From Candidatus Levyibacteriota bacterium (lineage in GTDB: Bacteria; Patescibacteriota; Microgenomatia; Levybacterales; UBA12049), in NCBI GenBank assembly GCA_016214555.1, contig JACROF010000012.1, positions 203,485 to 267,484 on the forward strand: a DNA stretch of 64,000 nt, given 5' to 3'. Both the position numbers and the translations under genes were made by a program. Below are positions 16,778 to 24,760 of this stretch, one piece after another (the stretch's first letter is position 1; each line of letters begins with the position of its first letter). The notes beneath the pieces are model-generated. The model had not been told where the DNA came from. It was given only the letters and a program-made list of their open reading frames with translations, and made no database searches.

Positions 16778-17242
16778 TTAGTGGTGGTACTTGTGAACTA
16801 CTGCGTGCCCTTTGCCTTTTTTAATCAAATACATATTCACAGGATACGCTGACCAGAATGCTACAAAAAGTGAAGTAGCGAGGCTTCCCCAGAAGAGGAG
16901 AGAGATGAGAGGTGCGTCCATTGCTCCAGGAATAATAAGCATAATAAGGTTGTCCATTATTTCCATAACTGTTATCGATACCGTATCAGCAGCAAAGGCA
17001 AGAGGAAGTGCTTTGGCGAAAGACAATCCATGTTTTATCAACGAAAAAAGACTAAAAGAGTATCCAAATATAAACGCTAACACAACAGAGAAAATAACTG
17101 CACCTAGGTTATGGATATTGAAATAGTTTCCAATAACCATTCCTAATATTTCTCCAACTGCACAACCAGTGAGGCAGTGCATCGTTGCGCTAAAAGCAAC
17201 CTTTTTAATGCTAGCGTGAGACTGATGATGATTAGTTGTCAT
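16778..17242 (-). CDS. DUF4396-family membrane protein
   Basis: ATMHCLTGCAVGE, DTVSITVMEI.DN, YPVN..LI..GKGHAVVH. Confidence 0.88.
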   Translation of the reverse strand: MTTNHHQSHASIKKVAFSATMHCLTGCAVGEILGMVIGNYFNIHNLGAVIFSVVLAFIFGYSFSLFSLIKHGLSFAKALPLAFAADTVSITVMEIMDNLIMLIIPGAMDAPLISLLFWGSLATSLFVAFWSAYPVNMYLIKKGKGHAVVHKYHH

Positions 17243-17681
17243 AACCCCACTCCTTTTGCCATTTTTTCATCATATCAATCTCATTTGTTTGAGCTGAGAT
17301 GATATCATCAGCCATTGACCTTATCTCATCATGCTTCGCACTTTTTTTTGCGAGATTAGCCATGTCAATTGCTCCTTGGTGATGCTCAATCATCTCGGAA
17401 ATAAATAGCTTGTCAAAGTCATCCCCTGTTTTTCTCTCAAGGTCTTCAACCATATCTTCCATTGTCATCCCGTGCATGTTGCTCATCATCGAACCATCAG
17501 ACATCATATGTTCATTATTTTTTTCGTTGCTACTTGTTTTTTGTATGATAGCAGTATTCATTCCCATCATCTTCATCATACTTGTATTATTAGAATTAAC
17601 AATATTTGTTGTAATCAGAGATGTAATTACAATTCCAATTATTAGTCCTATTGCTCCATATAGTAATTCTTTTTGCTGCAT
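17232..17681 (-). CDS. DUF305 (CopM-like) Met/His-rich metal-binding protein
   Basis: N-terminal TM, Met-rich linker, FD..FI..MI.HH.GAI.MA motif; AGGAGGAGGTGA SD. Confidence 0.9.
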   Translation of the reverse strand: MQQKELLYGAIGLIIGIVITSLITTNIVNSNNTSMMKMMGMNTAIIQKTSSNEKNNEHMMSDGSMMSNMHGMTMEDMVEDLERKTGDDFDKLFISEMIEHHQGAIDMANLAKKSAKHDEIRSMADDIISAQTNEIDMMKKWQKEWGYDN

Positions 17682-17697
17682 ACGTATCACCTCCTCC

Positions 17698-17970
17698 TTA
17701 TTTTGTTTTTTTAAAAACAGTCATAATTTCAGCAATTGATTCATCTGCTTGCCCTTTTTTAATTGCGTCAGAAACGCATCCTCTGAGATGGTTTTCAAGT
17801 AAAAGATTTCCAGTCTGCTTAAGTCCAGATTCAACAGCCTGCATTTGGTGCATGATATCAATACAATAAGAGTCCGACTCAACCATCGAAATAATTTTTT
17901 CTAAGTGTCCGCGAGCAATCTTTAGTCTGTGAAGTATTCTTTCGTCTGTATTTTTTGGTCTGTACGACAT
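17698..17970 (-). CDS. csoR: CsoR/RcnR-family metal-sensing repressor
   Basis: RLKIARGHL..I..M.E...YC.DI..Q..AV...L......LLENHL..C. Confidence 0.88.
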   Translation of the reverse strand: MSYRPKNTDERILHRLKIARGHLEKIISMVESDSYCIDIMHQMQAVESGLKQTGNLLLENHLRGCVSDAIKKGQADESIAEIMTVFKKTK

Positions 17971-18016
17971 ATCCCCTCTAGAGGGATATAATATCGTCAA
18001 AAAGTAATCGTGTCAA
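17969..18016 (-). promoter_or_regulatory. csoR promoter with a GC-tract palindromic operator
   Basis: TTGACA-17-TATTAT on the minus strand; ATATCCCCTCTAGAGGGATAT palindrome at 17969-17989. Confidence 0.7.
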
Positions 18017-18107
18017 GAGATAAGATTTTTGAAAGTTATTGAAACATGACTATCTCTTAAGTGCATATATTTGTATGCATATCATATGTATTTGATATGA
18101 TAAGTTA

Positions 18108-21100
18108 ATGAGCGATGGAGTAAATAGTGAGATATCAGTGGGAGCACATGAATTAGTGATACCCACTCAGAGTCAAGAATTACCTATTCTTCAATACGCT
18201 GAGGAGATAAAAGAATTAGTAAGTGAGTCTGATACAACAATAATAGTTGGGGAGACAGGATCAGGGAAGACGACACAGCTTCCTCATTTGCTCAGAGAAA
18301 TACTTCCTCCTGATAGTAGAATAGCTATTACTCAGCCACGTCGCATTGCCGCTACTGAAGTTGCACGTTATGTTGCCTCACAAATTGACCAACCACTAGG
18401 TGAGGAAGTTGGATACAAAATTCGCTTTGACAACAATACCACAGAGGGCACAAAACTAAATTTTATGACTGATGGTATTTTGCTTCGCGAGATGCTGCAA
18501 GATCCTCTTCTAAAAAATTATGGCGCTGTAATGGTCGATGAAGTTCATGAAAGAAGTCTAAATATCGACTTTATTTTAGGTTTACTCAAAAGAACACAAA
18601 AAGAAAGGGGCTCTCAAGGGTTGTCGCCTCTTAAAATAGTTGTTGCCTCAGCAACTCTTGAAAAAGAAAAACTATCAGATTTTTTTGAAGGTGCAGCAAC
18701 GATTGAAGTTCCCGGTAGGCTTCATCCTGTTGAGACTGAGTATATGTCAGAGGATCAGTACAATTCTTATCGAACTATTGATAACTATGGCAATAGTGGT
18801 TTTGATTATGTCCGTGCAGCAGTTGATAAGACGCTTGATGTTCTCCCAGAGAGCGTAGATGGAAATATCCTTATTTTTATGCCGGGCACAAGAGAAATAA
18901 ACGATACTATTGAGGGGTTGAGGAAACAGGGCCAAGGAGACTATGAGGTGCTTCCCCTTCATGGGCAGCTTTCATCAGAAGAACAAGAGAGGATATTTAG
19001 GCCAAGTGATAAAAGAAAAGTTATTGTTTCAACCAATATAGCAGAAACTTCAGTTACTCCTCCGGGAGTGGTTGCTGTTATTGACTCAGGTAAAATACGC
19101 CAGAAAGAATTTAATCCCTCAACGGGTATCGAGGCTCTGGTTACCGAGGATCATGCAAAAAGTGGGTGTAAGCAGCGATCAGGAAGAGCAGGAAGGCTCA
19201 TGCCAGGAACATCGTATAGACTTTTTACTCAGGATAATTTTGAGAGGAGACGTGAATTTCAGTTACCAGAAATTAAAAGATCCAATCTTGCCCATGTAGT
19301 ACTCATGATGAAGAAAATGGGTATTGATGATATCTCCTCATTTGAGTTTATCGATCCACCTACACAAAGTGCTATCAATAAAGCATTCACTACCCTTGAG
19401 CACTTAGGTGCAATTGGAGAGGATGAGCAGTTGACAGAGGTTGGGCATAGGATGGCAGAACTGCCGCTTCGTCCGGAGTTGTCTCGAATGATTATTGAGG
19501 CACAGAAATATGGCTGTGTTGAAGATGTAGCCACTCTTGCTGGATTTTTTGGTAACAAATCTGTGTTTGTAAGGCCTCAAGGCAATGAAGAAGAAGCAAG
19601 TTATATTCACTATCAATTTTCAGATGTTGACTCTGATTTCATCACGCTTCTTAATGTGTGGAAAGAATATGAGCGTCGAAATTACGACAGAAGATGGGCA
19701 AGAGATAACTTTCTTAACATAGGTGTGCTCCGGGAGGTTGGAGAAGTAAAAGCGCAGCTTCGTGATATCTTGGAGGAGTCTGGAGTATCTTTTGAAGGGA
19801 ATGAGTCAGAGGATGGGATAGCAAAGGCGGTTACAGCTGGGTTTATTGAAAATCTTTTACAAAATTCAGGATTCTCATTTAGCTCAGGGTATCATCAAGT
19901 GATAAAATCAGACAATAATGCAGATATTCTTATTCACCCTTCATCTGCTCTAACAAGGCGCAGGCCAACATTTATTGTCGCAGCTGATATCGTTGAGACA
20001 TCAAGAAAATTTGCCCGTACGTGTCAAGTTGTGACGCCTGAGTTGATACACGAAGTTGCTCCGCAAATGGTGAATGCTGAAGACAGAGGATATTATTATT
20101 CGCCTTTAGAAGACAAGGTATATAAGACAGTTGATTATACATTTAAAGGTGGAGTTGTTCCCTTTGGAAGTGAGCGTCAACTAGTAACAGGTGTTGATGC
20201 AGTGCGCGGGTTTGCTGATGCCTTGATGTCTGGTGTCGTTCGCAACGAGACAGTATCGGAGAACGCAAGACAAGCTGCATTTTATGATGAGTTGGCTTGG
20301 AGGGCCGGAGGCATGAGGACATCAAGCGGGGGGAGTCTTGAAGATTTTTATATAGAAAAACTTGGAACAATTTGTTCAAAAAAGGAGCTTAATGAGGCTT
20401 TGGCAAGTGGCGAGTTAGATTTGAGTCTGCCAGAAGGATTTTTTATGAGCGAGGACGAAGTAAGAGAAATACAAAGAAATAATCCGTCAACACTGAGGGT
20501 TGGCGATGAAAATCTATCACTTCGTTATTCTGGTGATAGAGTGAGCCTCTCTCTGTCTCCATTTGATCTTGAGAGGATGACTGTCATGCCTCAGCTGCCA
20601 TCTGGGAGAGATGTTACGCTTGAAGTCTCACTTGATGGGAGATTCTTTGAAGGGACAAACTTGGCTTCCATCAAGCAGCAAGTGAGGGCATATCAAGCAA
20701 GGTTGGAAGGGAAAACGCGAGGTGCAGATGTTGCAGATCAAATTTCTGACCTTGTGACTTATCAAGAAAAAGAATCAGAAATGTTATTAGAAAAATTGCG
20801 AGACCTTACTGACAGAAGATCAAAATGGAATGAGGATGAAATATTAGAGCTTTCAATCGTACTTGCCTCTAGGTCTCCAAGTGAATTTGAGTCTCTGCAG
20901 CTCACAGAGGAGGATTATAGATCAATTATGAAAAACATGAAGTCTATGATTAATTTTGCTCGTGGAAGAGACGATACAGAACTTACTCGTGAGCAGTTAG
21001 AAGATATGCGTGCAACTGCGAGGGCTAATAAGGCTGCAGTCGAGGCAAGTCGTCAAGAAATTGTTAGAGAATATTTAGGAGACGATGATAATGATAGACA

Positions 21101-21209
21101 TGCATTCCAGGATCGTTTTGTAGAATTCTTTAAAGAAAGAGGTGGACAAGTTCCAGAAGGTGAAATGCCGTCATTTATTGAACAGGTGCTGGAGAAGATG
21201 ACTGAATAA
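18108..21209 (+). CDS. HrpA-like DEAH-box RNA helicase with an unrecognised C-terminal extension
   Basis: GETGSGKTTQ, TQPRRIAA, TDGILLRE, DEVHERS, SAT, STNIAETSVT and QRSGRAGR motifs; HA2 region. Confidence 0.92.
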   Translation: MSDGVNSEISVGAHELVIPTQSQELPILQYAEEIKELVSESDTTIIVGETGSGKTTQLPHLLREILPPDSRIAITQPRRIAATEVARYVASQIDQPLGEEVGYKIRFDNNTTEGTKLNFMTDGILLREMLQDPLLKNYGAVMVDEVHERSLNIDFILGLLKRTQKERGSQGLSPLKIVVASATLEKEKLSDFFEGAATIEVPGRLHPVETEYMSEDQYNSYRTIDNYGNSGFDYVRAAVDKTLDVLPESVDGNILIFMPGTREINDTIEGLRKQGQGDYEVLPLHGQLSSEEQERIFRPSDKRKVIVSTNIAETSVTPPGVVAVIDSGKIRQKEFNPSTGIEALVTEDHAKSGCKQRSGRAGRLMPGTSYRLFTQDNFERRREFQLPEIKRSNLAHVVLMMKKMGIDDISSFEFIDPPTQSAINKAFTTLEHLGAIGEDEQLTEVGHRMAELPLRPELSRMIIEAQKYGCVEDVATLAGFFGNKSVFVRPQGNEEEASYIHYQFSDVDSDFITLLNVWKEYERRNYDRRWARDNFLNIGVLREVGEVKAQLRDILEESGVSFEGNESEDGIAKAVTAGFIENLLQNSGFSFSSGYHQVIKSDNNADILIHPSSALTRRRPTFIVAADIVETSRKFARTCQVVTPELIHEVAPQMVNAEDRGYYYSPLEDKVYKTVDYTFKGGVVPFGSERQLVTGVDAVRGFADALMSGVVRNETVSENARQAAFYDELAWRAGGMRTSSGGSLEDFYIEKLGTICSKKELNEALASGELDLSLPEGFFMSEDEVREIQRNNPSTLRVGDENLSLRYSGDRVSLSLSPFDLERMTVMPQLPSGRDVTLEVSLDGRFFEGTNLASIKQQVRAYQARLEGKTRGADVADQISDLVTYQEKESEMLLEKLRDLTDRRSKWNEDEILELSIVLASRSPSEFESLQLTEEDYRSIMKNMKSMINFARGRDDTELTREQLEDMRATARANKAAVEASRQEIVREYLGDDDNDRHAFQDRFVEFFKERGGQVPEGEMPSFIEQVLEKMTE

Positions 21210-21230
21210 GTTTATATCTTCAGTCTAGTA

Positions 21231-21551
21231 TTATTTGAGGAATTTAGATGCAAAATTCGCAAATTCATTTACTATTGGAAGAATAGCCTTTCCTTTTTCA
21301 GTTAACTCATAGACCACAGATAATTTGTCTACTGTTTCTTCTTTTCTCATCACGATGCCTTCATGCTCGAGCTTTTTTAATCGATCAGTGAGTGTTGTTG
21401 GATTAATACCTTCTATCGCTCTTTGAATCTCATTAAACCGCATGCTTCCATCGCTGAGAGTGCCGATAATACAGAGAATATGCTCATCTCCAACCATCTT
21501 GATAGCATTATTAACACTTTGTGATAATTTGTTCTTTTGATCTCTTGACAT
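21231..21551 (-). CDS. HxlR-family winged-helix regulator
   Basis: RFNEIQRAI.GINPTTLT.RLK.LE..GIV.R.......V.YELTEKG. Confidence 0.9.
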   Translation of the reverse strand: MSRDQKNKLSQSVNNAIKMVGDEHILCIIGTLSDGSMRFNEIQRAIEGINPTTLTDRLKKLEHEGIVMRKEETVDKLSVVYELTEKGKAILPIVNEFANFASKFLK

Positions 21552-21601
21552 ACTACAAATTTTATAGTACTATATTTTCTATAGCACTATAATTTATATA
21601 G
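21551..21601. promoter_or_regulatory. Three tandem 17-bp semi-palindromic repeats (candidate HxlR operators)
   Basis: TACTACAAATTTTATAG / TACTATATTTTCTATAG / CACTATAATTTATATAG. Confidence 0.7.
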
Positions 21602-21617
21602 TTATTATATCACAAAT

Positions 21618-22232
21618 ATGTACACAACTCTAGCAACAAGTCAGGCAATAGACAAAACGATAGGAACTCTTAAGGAAAATCATTTTATACCTATTCATGT
21701 ATCAAGTAGAAAAGATGCTCTTGAAAAAATAAAAGAGCTTATCCCAGAGGGTGTATCTGTGATGAATGGTTCTTCAGAGACGCTTCGCGAGATTGGATAT
21801 CTTGATATTCTAAAGAGTAGAGAGCATAAGTGGAACAATCTTCATGATGTAGTTTTGGCAGAGAGTGATCCAAAAAAGCAGGCTGAATTAAGAGAGCAAT
21901 CAGTGTTATCTGATTTTTATGTTGGAAGTGCCCATGCACTTTCAGAAACTGGAGAAATAGTCATCGCATCAAACACTGGAAGCCAGCTTCCTCATCTTGT
22001 TTTCACTTCGCCAAACATCATACTTGTTGTTGGTTCACAAAAAATAGTTCCTACATTAAGTGAGGCTTTTAAGCGTCTTGAGGAGCATGTTATTCCGCTT
22101 GAGAATGAGCGAATGAAGGGTGTCTATGGTGTGGGTACAACGCATGCTAAGACTCTTATCCTTCATAAGGAAAATCCAATGTTGGGGAGAAAGATCTATG
22201 TGGTTATTGTAGATGAGAAATTAGGTTTCTAG
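21618..22232 (+). CDS. LUD/LutC (YkgG)-domain protein
   Basis: G.S.TL.EIG, D.Y..SA.A.SETGE, VVG.QKIV..L.EA..R motifs and C-terminal LGF. Confidence 0.88.
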   Translation: MYTTLATSQAIDKTIGTLKENHFIPIHVSSRKDALEKIKELIPEGVSVMNGSSETLREIGYLDILKSREHKWNNLHDVVLAESDPKKQAELREQSVLSDFYVGSAHALSETGEIVIASNTGSQLPHLVFTSPNIILVVGSQKIVPTLSEAFKRLEEHVIPLENERMKGVYGVGTTHAKTLILHKENPMLGRKIYVVIVDEKLGF

Positions 22233-22253
22233 CTCCCTTTTATTGCTAAAAGA

Positions 22254-22361
22254 TTATTTAGCGGCTTTTCGTTTTTTATTGAGATCTCTTTGAGATCCAT
22301 GCATCTTCCTTTTAAGAAGTTTTCGAGGCTTTTTCTTTGTTCCTCCGTGTTTTAATGACAT
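22254..22361 (-). CDS. Unannotated 35-aa highly basic peptide MSLKHGGTKKKPRKLLKRKMHGSQRDLNKKRKAAK
   Basis: ATG...TAA read by hand; AAGGTGA SD and TATAAT (22390-22395) upstream; 15 of 35 residues are K/R. Confidence 0.6.
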   Translation of the reverse strand: MSLKHGGTKKKPRKLLKRKMHGSQRDLNKKRKAAK

Positions 22362-22403
22362 AGGTATCTTCACCTTAACAGGTATGTCCATTATAGTCAA
22401 CGA

Positions 22404-22610
22404 GGAATAGACCTAGACATAGATTGCGGGATGGAGATCTCAAGGTATATTTCTTTTGAGAAATGTTCCTTCAACTATTGTGAGACTAGGATCAAGTTCT
22501 CCCATAAAGGGGCCAACAAGGCTACTCATGCTATTTGGAAAATCTCGTACGTACGCTTGGGAACATGCTTTGTCAAGAATTTTTCTAGCTAGCAATTTGA
22601 TTTCATGCTT
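22404..22610 (+). ncRNA. Candidate structured non-coding RNA (6S-like shape possible)
   Basis: No convincing ORF; possible end pairings AGATTGC/GCAATTT, TGGAGA/TTTCTA and ATGTTCCT/GGGAACAT; possible TTCACC-17-TATAGT promoter. Confidence 0.3.
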
Positions 22611-22665
22611 ACTATAAGCTATAATTAGTTGTTGGAATTTTGCACGTTATCAAAGGAGGAAGAAG

Positions 22666-23295
22666 ATGGAATTGGATGTCGAAATTGTTACTTCAGAGCG
22701 GCCAATTGCTGTTGCTGCTGAGGAAGCAGCCAAGTTCGGTTGTCCATATTGCGGTTATCGATCCGGATCATCATTTATATCCGGAGGAGGGACTACAGCT
22801 TGGCGTTGCGGTGATCAGAACTGTGGTCGTGTCAGCGCACTGTTAGCAGATGGTGTGACGGTCTCAGCAATTGGATTTGGGGACTATTATCCAACGCTTG
22901 TTGCTCATCCCCGTCTTGGTACCCCCAGTCATGGCAGTCCAGATGAGAGGCCAGAAAATGGGGGCGAATTCTTCTCTTCTCGAGGTATAGGCTTGGATGG
23001 CGTTCCTTGCTTTATTTGTGCTACGATCTTTCGCGATGAGGAAATGCATCGCTATCTTCATAACATTGCGGCATTTGTGCGAACAAAAGCTGCAGGCGAT
23101 CGGGTCGTTGCCATGTTCAAACAAGGCGCTGTAGTGGACTATCGTGAGTACGAACCAGACAGAGTCCAGGTGAAGATTGGAGCCTGTGATACGCATAAGC
23201 CCAATCTAGAACTTCTGGATCAACTTGTTCGTAAGAACGGTCATGTCATCACTGATGATATTGTCCAGAGAGCATCCGCAAAAATTCCTAATTAA
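22666..23295 (+). CDS. Hypothetical protein with Zn-ribbon-like Cys motifs; orphan cassette
   Basis: CPYCG...CxxxxC, CFIC, CxxH; AAAGGAGG SD; TTGATT-17-TATAAT. Confidence 0.8.
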   Translation: MELDVEIVTSERPIAVAAEEAAKFGCPYCGYRSGSSFISGGGTTAWRCGDQNCGRVSALLADGVTVSAIGFGDYYPTLVAHPRLGTPSHGSPDERPENGGEFFSSRGIGLDGVPCFICATIFRDEEMHRYLHNIAAFVRTKAAGDRVVAMFKQGAVVDYREYEPDRVQVKIGACDTHKPNLELLDQLVRKNGHVITDDIVQRASAKIPN

Positions 23296-23302
23296 CACAT
23301 TT

Positions 23303-23334
23303 AGAGGTCTCGCCAGGCGAGACCTCTTTTCTTT
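23303..23334 (+). terminator. Intrinsic terminator
   Basis: AGAGGTCTCG/CGAGACCTCT stem plus T-tract. Confidence 0.85.
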
Positions 23335-23355
23335 ATGTATTGATGTTTTTAGCCC

Positions 23356-23385
23356 AAGAAAAACCCCAAGGTTAGCCTTGGGGTT
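23356..23385 (-). terminator. Intrinsic terminator
   Basis: AACCCCAAGG/CCTTGGGGTT stem plus U-tract on the minus strand. Confidence 0.85.
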
Positions 23386-23404
23386 GGTAATATTGCTAGA
23401 AATG

Positions 23405-23719
23405 CTAGAGAGAGTTTTTTCTTTCCTCTCTTTTTTTCCTAGTCTCTTCTATTTGGCGGTCTATTTCTTCTCTAAGTAGTCTTAGGTGTTCGATCCCCGG
23501 ATCTACTCGTGGTGCGGGCTTTTTGTATGCTCGTGTCCGTAGTGCTAAAAGAACTAGCCAAAAAATTCCCGATGTAAGAGCTGCTTCATGGTTTGATATG
23601 ACATCAAAAACGTTCATGAAGAGCAGAGCAATGATGAGATATGCAATTGCCCATCCAAAAAAGAAGAGCGTAAGAAAACCTGCAATTGAAGAAAACGATA
23701 TATCTTGTCGTTTTTTCAT
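23405..23719 (-). CDS. Hypothetical 2-TM protein with charged tail; orphan cassette
   Basis: GGGAGG SD; TTGCCA-17-TAAAAT; TGATCTTTGAAA boxA-like motif at 23736-23747. Confidence 0.75.
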   Translation of the reverse strand: MKKRQDISFSSIAGFLTLFFFGWAIAYLIIALLFMNVFDVISNHEAALTSGIFWLVLLALRTRAYKKPAPRVDPGIEHLRLLREEIDRQIEETRKKREERKNSL

Positions 23720-23882
23720 TGGTCCTCCCATCAAATTTCAAAGATCAATGTATCTGAGGGTAATTTTAACATTGAAAGCCTATATTGGCAATTAATATAT
23801 CCTATAATATTGATTTTTCTTATTCGAAAGAGTACAATATAATTCGTACGTTAACAAGTTGTTAGTGTAAAGGAGTAGGATA

Positions 23883-24704
23883 ATGACTCTTGCAATGCGC
23901 GATTCGGGCATCGTTGTTCTGGATCAGAAATGGCCTTCAGAGGTTATCGTCTTGAGGCATGGTCTTACAACCCACAATGTCCGATCTCAGGAGAAGAGAG
24001 AAGACTCTTTTTACAATTCATTCAAAGCGCAGTTTGAGAAATCGCCACATAGTCGAGTTACGCTTGCGATGTCGAGAAAGGTTGTAAGCCGTTGGCCGAC
24101 AAATGAGAGTGATCGCAGTACGCAGATAGTTCAGGAGGCAATCCAAAACGCTGTTGCAACAGGGGTTGGGCTTTCAAAAACTCACGAGCTCCCTGACGTC
24201 ATCTACATCTCAAATTACGCTCGAACAAGGCAGACCCTTGATGCTGTTATGTCAGGTTGGCCCGAGCTTCGAGGCGTAAAGGTGGTGGTTGATGACCGAA
24301 TCAGAGAGCAGGAGCATGGGTTGTGTCTTTTGGTAGGAGACTGGAGAGTCTTTTTTGCTCGGAACCCTGAGCAGTATGCTCTCAGAAAGTTGGAGGGTAG
24401 GTTTGACTATCGTTGGCCGCAAGGTGAGAGTGTTTATGACGTCAAAGAGCGCTTGAGAAGTTTTCAGGGCACTCTAAGTAGGGAGCATGCGGGGCAGCGA
24501 GTTCTTCTCGTAACCCACCATCTCACTATTTTGGCTCTGCGAATGAATCTCGAGCGATTTGATGAGGAGGAATTTCTTCGACTAGACGAAGAAGAGAAGC
24601 CTCTAAACTGTAGCGTCACTGTCTATGCTTCTGTCCCTGGCGGAGGAAAATCAGGGAAAGGAAAGCTTGAACTTCAAGACTATAACGTCTGTCATTACAA
24701 CTAA
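23883..24704 (+). CDS. Histidine phosphatase family protein; cassette architecture
   Basis: VLRHG, S.Y.RTRQT, RIREQEHG, P.GES..DV and LLVTHH motifs. Confidence 0.9.
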   Translation: MTLAMRDSGIVVLDQKWPSEVIVLRHGLTTHNVRSQEKREDSFYNSFKAQFEKSPHSRVTLAMSRKVVSRWPTNESDRSTQIVQEAIQNAVATGVGLSKTHELPDVIYISNYARTRQTLDAVMSGWPELRGVKVVVDDRIREQEHGLCLLVGDWRVFFARNPEQYALRKLEGRFDYRWPQGESVYDVKERLRSFQGTLSREHAGQRVLLVTHHLTILALRMNLERFDEEEFLRLDEEEKPLNCSVTVYASVPGGGKSGKGKLELQDYNVCHYN

Positions 24705-24718
24705 CAACTAGCGACAAA

Positions 24719-24752
24719 GCGGTCCCGACACATCGGGACCGCACTCTTTTTT
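24719..24752 (+). terminator. Intrinsic terminator
   Basis: GCGGTCCCGA/TCGGGACCGC stem plus T-tract. Confidence 0.85.
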
Positions 24753-24760
24753 ATTTCTTC

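Noticed and set aside
17971-18000. TTG-start N-terminal extension of csoR in the ORF track
   Set aside because: It overlaps the -10 box and operator; ATG 17970 fits better.
21551-21601. Tandem 17-bp repeats as a CRISPR array or iterons
   Set aside because: No spacers, degenerate units and no cas or rep gene; the position fits operators.
22518-22617. Possible 29-codon ORF (MLFGKSRTYAWEHALSR...)
   Set aside because: No good SD, it runs into the next promoter, and there is no supporting composition.
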